Assembly: GCA_964016885.1 (NCBI GenBank)
Contig: OZ024742.1
Coordinates: 81,964,001-82,028,000, forward strand
DNA from: Eledone cirrhosa
Taxonomy: Eukaryota
Reading direction: 5' to 3'
Length of the DNA: 64,000 nucleotides
Of this stretch, positions 55,784 through 64,000 are shown piece by piece. The position numbers and the translations under genes are program-made. Position 1 is the first letter of the stretch. Each line of letters begins with the position of its first letter. The notes under the pieces are model-generated. The model made no database searches, had not been told where the DNA came from, and saw only the letters and a list, made by a program, of their open reading frames with translations.

Positions 55784-58433
55784 TTATATATAAATACATA
55801 TATAAATATATATAAATGACAGTTTTGGAGTATGCTTGAAGCATTGTTGAATTTGAAATAAGTGGTCGTTTTTGGAACCCTCTCCAATGCATGTGGATAC
55901 ATTTCTGGATCACATAATCAGCTAACAGTAGAACAGAACATGGATAGAAAGAAAGAAATGAAATTGGAAAGAGAGATGGAAAGATAAATGTAAAATGAAA
56001 TGAATACCAAGGATAAAATACTTTGAAATCGATTTATTAGTGCCTATATTACGGATTGCTATTTCGTCATCAGCGCCGGGAGAGGTCCGAAGTCACTTCT
56101 TAGATTTGTCTCTGAAGACTATATGTGGACTTGTGTTGCCAGTAACAGTGTCACCTCGTGGAAACAACGCTTTTACAAATGATATCTCAATTTTAGAATA
56201 TCTCAGGATCCAGGAGGGTAAAACAATTTTCCCAACATGTTTTCTACATACACATATTGGAATAGACACCCGATGTTAACAGTACATTTGCACACACTAT
56301 TATATATCCAAACTGGGACACACATCCCTAGGTCTAAAGTGCGCATACGCACAAACGAGCACAACTCCACACACAGTTCAATAGCAAGCAGGACAGATAA
56401 CTTCATCTCTTAGTATATATCGAGTGAAAAATTAAGCACAATATGCATAGAAACAATGAATAATGTCCCTACCTGTATGAATCTGTTTACAGAAGTGAAT
56501 GGCCGAAACACTCCCCTGAGGGGGCTTCCTCCGCTGAAGACCTTCCGGTGCCCAGCTATATTGAAATGTTATTATCCCTATGTGGTGCACGTCTACAATC
56601 GATGCGTTGTTTCGATTCGAGAGATGAATGTAACGATGAATGTAACAATTATCCATACACTACTTGATTTAATCTTTCAATGCAAGTTTTCAAAATAAAA
56701 ATATATTCATATTATAGAATATGAGTCATACTTAAGGTGGCCTTAAATAAATTTTTATTGCAAGGTTCACAGATGTTGTTTTGGACATCCGCTTCAAAGT
56801 ATAGAAGAACAGGGACAGCGTTACAAACACTTACTTTAGAAATATATTTTTAACTACATATTTTTATGTATTTATAATTTCGTATCTCATGACCAGTATT
56901 TTAGTAAATATTATCATTCGAAATATAGATATTGTCCAGCCCGGTTACTTATGACTCACACTATATATCAAATGTTGACATTTCATGTTGATATAAATTT
57001 ACAAGTTACACTGAAGTGATTTTTATCTGAGGGTCTGACTTAATTGTGGAATAAAATCCATATTTGTGAAGATATTCTGCTCTCGTCTATACTATGGACG
57101 ATTAAAAGAATATATAGAATATATTTAGATAATTATGACAACACACATATATATATGAACATATACAAAAATTTGTTTAAACGCTATTATAATATTGTTC
57201 CAAATTTGTCGTTAATTATTATATTGAATTATATACATTGCCAATCAATTATATTTGAATATATATCGATAAAACGAATTCATTAACGTTCTATACTTCC
57301 AAAGCTGTCTGCGAGAAGTTATTATTAGGTGTAATGTTGTTGTCCACCTCAACATCATCTCAATCACAAATAATCGATCTCCAGTCTCTTGAAATAGTTT
57401 AAAACTACCGTAATTGGATACCAATGTTATCGAAGCGAATTACTTTAAATCCAAATCAGCTGCATCTTCACAAATAATCAAAATTAATTACGAAGATACG
57501 GTGCTATATAGATTATATCTACGATTTAACACCTAAGATTGCACATTTTAGCAATCATGAATTCATCAGAAAATGATAAATGGCTACTTGCCACTTAGAA
57601 ACGTATTCATATATTTGCTACATCTCAATTATCTAATGTGCACAATGTGCATCTGTAAGGTAACATACAACTGTCCATTATTTCTATTTAGTATTTACAT
57701 TGATTCTCTTTATTTCTAGACTAAATGATTATATTCATATTTCATTTTAACTATAAATATACAAGGAAGACAATTAAAAGAATCCATTCGAATAATAAAC
57801 TTTAAAAAAATACTCATACATGCGTATGTGCACCCAGACATATAGAAAATATACAGGCACTTACAGGCGAAGGCTCACACTGGCACACAGATAAACGTAC
57901 GCATATACCAAGCTATAAGCTGAGTAGGATGGTCAGAGAAATGAACGCTCTTCTCTGGATGAACATGTATGTACAAATTAATTTGTTCCCCTATTTTCAT
58001 TTTTATTATCATTTTTATTATTATAATTATCACTATTTGTACAAATATGCATCTTAACAATATTCTGCATATCCGCAACTGACAATGCATATGATTCTGA
58101 AACTGGTATTTGAAATAAATAATTGTTTTGATATCTCACTGAAAAAATTTCTTCAGCATTTTATAATGAAAGAATATTTTGCCTTTCTATTATTTGTTTT
58201 CATATATATCAACTCGTGTATTACTTTTCTACATCGATATATATATTGTGTATTCTTTGAAAGTATTCGAGAGTTATAACATCATCAAACGTAATAATTA
58301 CCGTTTTTGCTAAGTTTATATGTTGAAAATGTAAAAAATGTCCATTTACCTATCGAGAAAACTAAATAAGTTATTATGCATGTCGGATTGATGTCTCGCA
58401 ATGTCATATATTATACGATTATATTATATTATA

Positions 58434-58622
58434 GCGGTGGATTGGCAGTATCGGTATAGGGTGGGATGCCATGCTTTGACGCATAGAGTTACGGCCCTTG
58501 CATTTCTGAGTTAAAATCCCGCCAAGATTAACTTAGCCTTTCATCCTTACGGGGTCGATAAAATAATGTACCAGTAATGCACTGGGTATTTGCTGGATTT
58601 GTGCCTAATGTAGAAACAGTTA
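58434..58622 (+). mobile_element. SINE, full length (second partial copy at ~59350-59468)
   Basis: TGGCAGTATCGGTA, GAGTTAAAATCCC, GCCTTTCATCCTTACGGGGTCGATAAA, GTGCCTAATGTAGAAAC. Confidence 0.85.
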
Positions 58623-58702
58623 TATAATATTTTATTATATTATATAATGTTATATAATATAATATTATATTATATTATGTTATATAATATAATATTATAT
58701 TA

Positions 58703-59098
58703 TCTACATATCTAAAACAGAGAATGTATGTCTGTCTGACTCCCTAAAACTCGAGAACCACCCAACCGATTGTTTTCAAACTATACTCATGTATTGTGCT
58801 TTGTGAGTGTTTTGAGAAAAAAAATGTCAAATGTTCAATGTCCTAGGGACCGCATTAGGCAATTTAGCGATCGCTCTCTATATTTCTTAGTCTTTCTTTT
58901 TAGAATATAATATCTGTCTGTATGTCTGGCTGTCTGCATTACGACATTATGACGCTGTGTGTATGTATATGTATATACAGTGTGTGTATAAATATATAGT
59001 GTGTAACGCTTTTCGAAATATTTATTTCTGCGTTCACAGATTGATTTTTTTAGTTTCAGAAGATTCTTTGCTTAAACTTTAATCTGTTATTTTAATAA

Positions 59099-59133
<35 letters not shown>

Positions 59134-59298
59134 ATATATATATATATAATTATATATTCGTGTACAGATATTTTTGCATACACAATAACAAAATATAAAT
59201 AAACGTTTTTATTTCACGAGGCTCGATAAGGATAAATATATATCAAATATATAAGAACCCTAGAGCAAATACCGAGCAACGCCGGGCCATTCTGCTAG
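58703..59298 (+). mobile_element. Non-autonomous Helitron
   Basis: 5' TC, 3' CTAG, inserted between A and T with no TSD; subterminal hairpin CCGAGCAACGCCGGG; (TGTC)n near the 5' end. Confidence 0.78.
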
Positions 59299-60546
59299 TA
59301 TTATATTATATTATATTATATTATATTAATTGTTACGTCACTTAATGATCTGATTTCAAATCACGGTGAGGTTGACTTTGTCTTTCATCCTTACGGGGTC
59401 GATAAATTAAAGTACCAGTAATGCACTGGATATTTGCTGCCATTGTGCCAAAAAGTAGAAACGATTATATTATATTATATTACATTATATTATATTATAT
59501 TAATTGTATTATATGATATTATGTTATATTATATTTGCATATTTGTAGGAATAAAGCACAAGAACACGCTTGATCTACTTTTGGGTTGAAACGGAAGAAC
59601 AGTGGATATAAACATTTCTACATTTGATATTCATTCACTATTTAAAAAACTGTTGCGTAGAATAAACTTTATTAGATATTTACTAACTTGTTTCCGTGTC
59701 ACTAGAAACAATACCAGTCATGCGTTGAAACATTATTCCAATATATTTGATGTCTTAATATATAAATGAGTAATTGTATCGTATAGGATATAGGGGCATA
59801 GAGGTAGTCTGTGTAGGAATTTGCAACATTTATGATGTGATGCCTCGTTTTATTCAGTACAAATCTGTTTGTGACACTAAACCCGATAATGTACACTTGA
59901 TGGAAAAAATACTAATGAATAACTCCACACCTTTAAAAACAAATATGTCAACTCAGTATCTACACCAATTAGAATTACCATTCATGTTTAATACCTATCA
60001 TCTTGGATATTTAATATGTACGTGTATAAGATTGTGTCTAATGTTAATGTTCAATTCAATAAGAAGACTATTGAAATATCTGCCTTTGTAATTTATATTT
60101 ATATGAAGTTTCTGTCATATGAAGTACAGTAGTACTCATTACCGTTGAGAAACAATGCTAGATATAAAATATCACATACTTTTTATAAATATAAAATATT
60201 ATTGTAATATGATTATTTGTTATATTCTATTAAGGTGAATGTAAAGGCTAGTGTTGTAACCACACAGGCGCCTGATTGGGGAAGACTGGTAAAAAGTGAA
60301 CCTAGGGTCCATTTCGGATCGGGTCACTTTCCTCAATTCATGAAAGATTTGGTGTCCACTATGAGGCAGAGGTTTGTTTTGATTCGGTTGAAAGATTATA
60401 TCTCCCACTTAATGTATCCCACTTAAAGTATCAGCTATTGTATGGGTTGTTTGTAAATATTAGTAGATAGAAGGCCTTAGTAACATACCAGCAATTTGGA
60501 GATTGTGGACATCCTAATTATACAGTCATTTCGCGCGTGGCTAAAC

Positions 60547-60622
<76 letters not shown>

Positions 60623-60623
<1 letters not shown>

Positions 60624-63010
60624 CTCCCAACTCCCCAGGATCCGCGCCTCTGTAGCCGAGATGCTGACTTCGAGTCCCAGGCCCTTTCCCTAGTCAGCTA
60701 TTTCATCAGCAGCGGTTAACCCCCCTCTCTCGTCCACACCGCTCTCACCCGCGCCCGTGCTGTCCACCACTCCACCACCCTCACCCCACGCCACCGCACA
60801 TCCACCCACCGTATCCCCTTCCCCAACACCTACCACCCCTCCACCTTAACCCTCCACCGCACCATCCGCCGCCTCTTCCGACGCCTCCAGTCCGACCCCT
60901 CCACCTCCCACATCTTCCAAACCCCACCACTCCCCTCCTTCAAACGCGCACGCAATCTCCGCACCCTCCTCGTCCACAGCTCCCTAGACCCCAACCCACG
61001 CTCTGTCCCCCCCCGGTTCCTTTCCCTGTTCTAGGCCCCGCTGCAACACCTGTCCCCACATCACTAACACCACCACCTTCCAGGGTCCCAACGGCCACTC
61101 TCTCTCTGTCCGGCATGCCTTCCGCTGCACCTCCTCCAACCTAGTCTACGGACTTCGCTGCACGGATTGCAGCGCGACTTATGTCGGACAGACGGGACGT
61201 CGCCTGGCGGACCGATTCACTGAGTACCTCCGGGATATTCGTCTCGGTGGTAGTTACCCCATCGCCCGCCACTCTGGTGGCCCTGGAAATTCCGCACGCC
61301 ATCTCACAGTCTGTGGCCTACTCCAATGCCACGGAACACCCGCCACTCTCCTTAGAGTCGAACAAAGAACTATCTTCATCTTACAGACCCACACTCCCCC
61401 CGGCCTGGACTCCCCACCCTTATTCCTTTAGCCTTCGACCGCCCCCTCCCCCCACACATATCCCCCACTAACACCACTAACACACCCCTCCTTTTCACCG
61501 CCCACACCACAACTAACAATACTAACACCTCCACTCCACCCCTCATCCGATCACCCTTCCCCAACTAACATACTAACATCCCTCCCTTCTTCTCCTCCTC
61601 CCCCCTCCTTATCACACGCACACCGGCACATATATACACGCGCTCACACTAAACACACACCCTACTACCACCACTAACCCTCACCCCCACACCTCCTTCC
61701 CACCACCCCGCAACTAACCTCACTAACACCCCCTGACCCCAAGCACATGAACACACGCACCCACTTACACCACCCACCCCACACGCAACTAACATCACTA
61801 ACACCCCCCAACCCCACGCACACGTACCTACACACCCTCGTACACCACCAACTCTACACACCCTACCACCACTAACCCCACTCACACCTGCATTCAACCC
61901 CTTCACCACCTCCCGTATACTAATACCCACTAACACCCCCTTCATCAAACTACACACACACCAGTACACCATAGAACTACACACACCCTTCTCTCCCGCT
62001 CCACCCACACTCTCGATCCACACTCACTCATCCCACTAACACCTCTACTAATACACACACCTTCCTCACTCCAACTTTCACACCTACCCATCCTCGCCCC
62101 TTTACCATTCCACCCGGCTGCTGCTATGCCTTCTGACCACCTCCCAGCACAAACAGACACACAGCACTCCCAACGCTTGACCACTTCCTGTTGCGCGCGC
62201 ACCCCACATCTCTCCTCTTCCGACCATCTCTTCAATGAATACTCGTATGTGGAAGTTGACCACCACTACTAAACATCATAGGAATATACCAACATTTCAA
62301 CCATCCTCTTACGGAATCACCTATATAACTCACCCATTCACACACCCAAAAAATGTTTTTCTCCCACACGCCACCTACACACACAACACGCTTAAACCCC
62401 ACACACACATGCTTTCCACCACATATTTACACCCTCAGCCTCCTGATTCCTCTCCCCCCACCCCTCTATCCACACACGCACAGCCCTCTATCCCCACCCC
62501 TCTATCCCCCCACCCCACCTCTTCCTGAACATGCAACCCCGTTCTTCCCCCAACCCTTACTTTCACATACACACACACACACACACGTACACCTACACAC
62601 ACACACCACCTTCAGCCCTCCCCGCTCGGACACCCCGTCTCCCTCTCCCCACTCCGCCCGCCACCACCCCTACACACCCACACCCTACCACCACCTATTT
62701 TACCCCTTTTTAATTTCAGTTTATTTTGATCATGCTTTTATATTTATTTTTATTTCATTCCTTTTATTTTGATCATGCTTTATTTTTATTTTTATTTTTA
62801 ATTTCATTCGCACCGTTTCCTTTCGCTATATGTCTCTCCACCACTCCCCTACACACCATTTGAACTCTGTTCCCACACACTTCTCACCTGAGGAAGGGCT
62901 TATGCCCGAAACGTCGTTCCCCACCACCACCCCACTCTCTAGAGCGTGAAATTAATAAACATTCGTTGTACTGCCTCTCTGTTTTGTTCCTGTTCAAATT
63001 TTTCCATTAT
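60623..63010 (+). mobile_element. Neptune-type PLE, 5'-truncated, with C-rich 3' region and pLTR
   Basis: SQL.RI..LCS, PCSRPRCNTCPHI, CTSSNLVYGLRCTDCSATYVGQTGRRLADRF (GIY-YIG); starts in (TA)n. Confidence 0.9.
62885..62918 (+). ncRNA. Minimal type I hammerhead of the PLE pLTR
   Basis: CTGAGGA a-GGGC-ttat-GCCC GAAAC GTC; palindromic ACGT stem III; stem I only ~2 bp. Confidence 0.7.
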
Positions 63011-64000
63011 ATATAATACACGCTCACACGGCTTCCTTTCCTTTGGAACATAACTTAACAACCGGCTCAACTCCGATCTAATCCGCCGTGACCATTCTCC
63101 GAACTTTACACACCTTCCCACACTTTGTCTTTCCTTCCACGCATTACCTTTGTTTGATTTTGTTACTGTACTTGTTTATTTCCGTATATGATTCTTTGCC
63201 TGTGTTCTTACAATTTTATTTCTATGATTTTTCGTTCGCGATTGCCTGTGTTTTTACCTTTATGATTTTTGTCTTTAATTTTCCTGTGTATACTCCCCCC
63301 TCCTTACGTTTTTCTGTTTCATTTTCCATTCCCCGTCTCTGCCTATCCTTCGTACTCACTCCTTCGTTCACTCCTCCCCGCTTCACACAACTGCTTTCTC
63401 ATCCCTCCCCCTGCTTTCACCCAACGCCCACCATGCCCAGCCTGAGATCCTTTCTCCACTAACTACATAATCGCCTCAAACTTTTCCTCTCCCCCTCCTC
63501 CCACCCTGCCCATCTCCCCTCTGCCCTTCAACTCTCCTACCTTCTCTTCGCCAAAACCCGGCACTCCAGCCACATCCATTTCCTCAGCCACTGCCTCCGC
63601 CTCCACCTTATCCCCCTCGGCTTCCGTCTACACTTCCACCCTTCCCCCGCCGCTTCCCCATCCACGCAACGTATCCTCACCCGATCCTCAAGCCTCCTGA
63701 TGCGCAATCCATCCGCGCCTCCCGTTCCACCCTCCGCCAACTTGACCACCAACTGACCCCCACACTCCTCCGCCTTAACTCCACCTGTCACCACCTCCTC
63801 GCCCAAGCCATCCTCTCCTTCATCCAAAACCTCAACCACAACCTCTTCTCCTTCCTCAGCTCCACCAAAGCCCGCAAGCTACACTCACTCCTCCCAACCA
63901 CCCCCATCCACCACCACCCGTCCATCCCCATACGCCTACCACTCTCCACCTCTCCCTCGACCCACACCCCTACCCAATCTCCACCCTCCACCTCACCCCT
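63011..64000 (+). mobile_element. Next tandem PLE unit: 5'UTR plus ORF N-terminus (runs off window)
   Basis: From ~63433 the C-rich ORF reads ...HIHFLSHCLRLHLIPLGFRL, typical of PLE N-termini (H..FL..C....LIP.G). Confidence 0.75.

Noticed and set aside
56030-56680. Higher-complexity blocks with splice-like signals (also 59700-59930 and 6390-6735)
   Set aside because: No open frame between plausible splice sites and no homology recognised.

Overview
This is an AT-rich, microsatellite-dense eukaryotic window with no supportable host gene. The SINE, LINE and microsatellite content suggests a cephalopod (octopus-like) genome; that assignment is inference. The window is a mosaic of mobile elements. 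(i) A ~25 kb nested LINE pile (29.3-54.6 kb) holds two R4/Dong-clade RLE families and a chimeric L1/Tx1 element, mostly separated by (AAT)n tracts. (ii) Penelope-like elements (PLEs) are present, Naiad-type at 25-27 kb and 52-53 kb and Neptune-type at 60.6-64 kb. (iii) RTE and CR1-like fragments, tRNA-type SINEs, a non-autonomous Helitron and a MITE fill in between. The main signal invisible to the ORF track is at RNA level: about 15 type I hammerhead ribozyme motifs from about 8 unrelated sequence families, read by eye on both strands. Several sit in short non-coding, greater-than-unit-length direct-repeat elements (units of about 355, 468 and 542 nt) that resemble retrozymes or non-autonomous PLEs; one begins at its own predicted cleavage site. 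Others sit in tail-out inverted pairs. Two families carry non-canonical cores (U3-A8 covariant; CAGAAGA). All folds were derived by hand and none has been tested.
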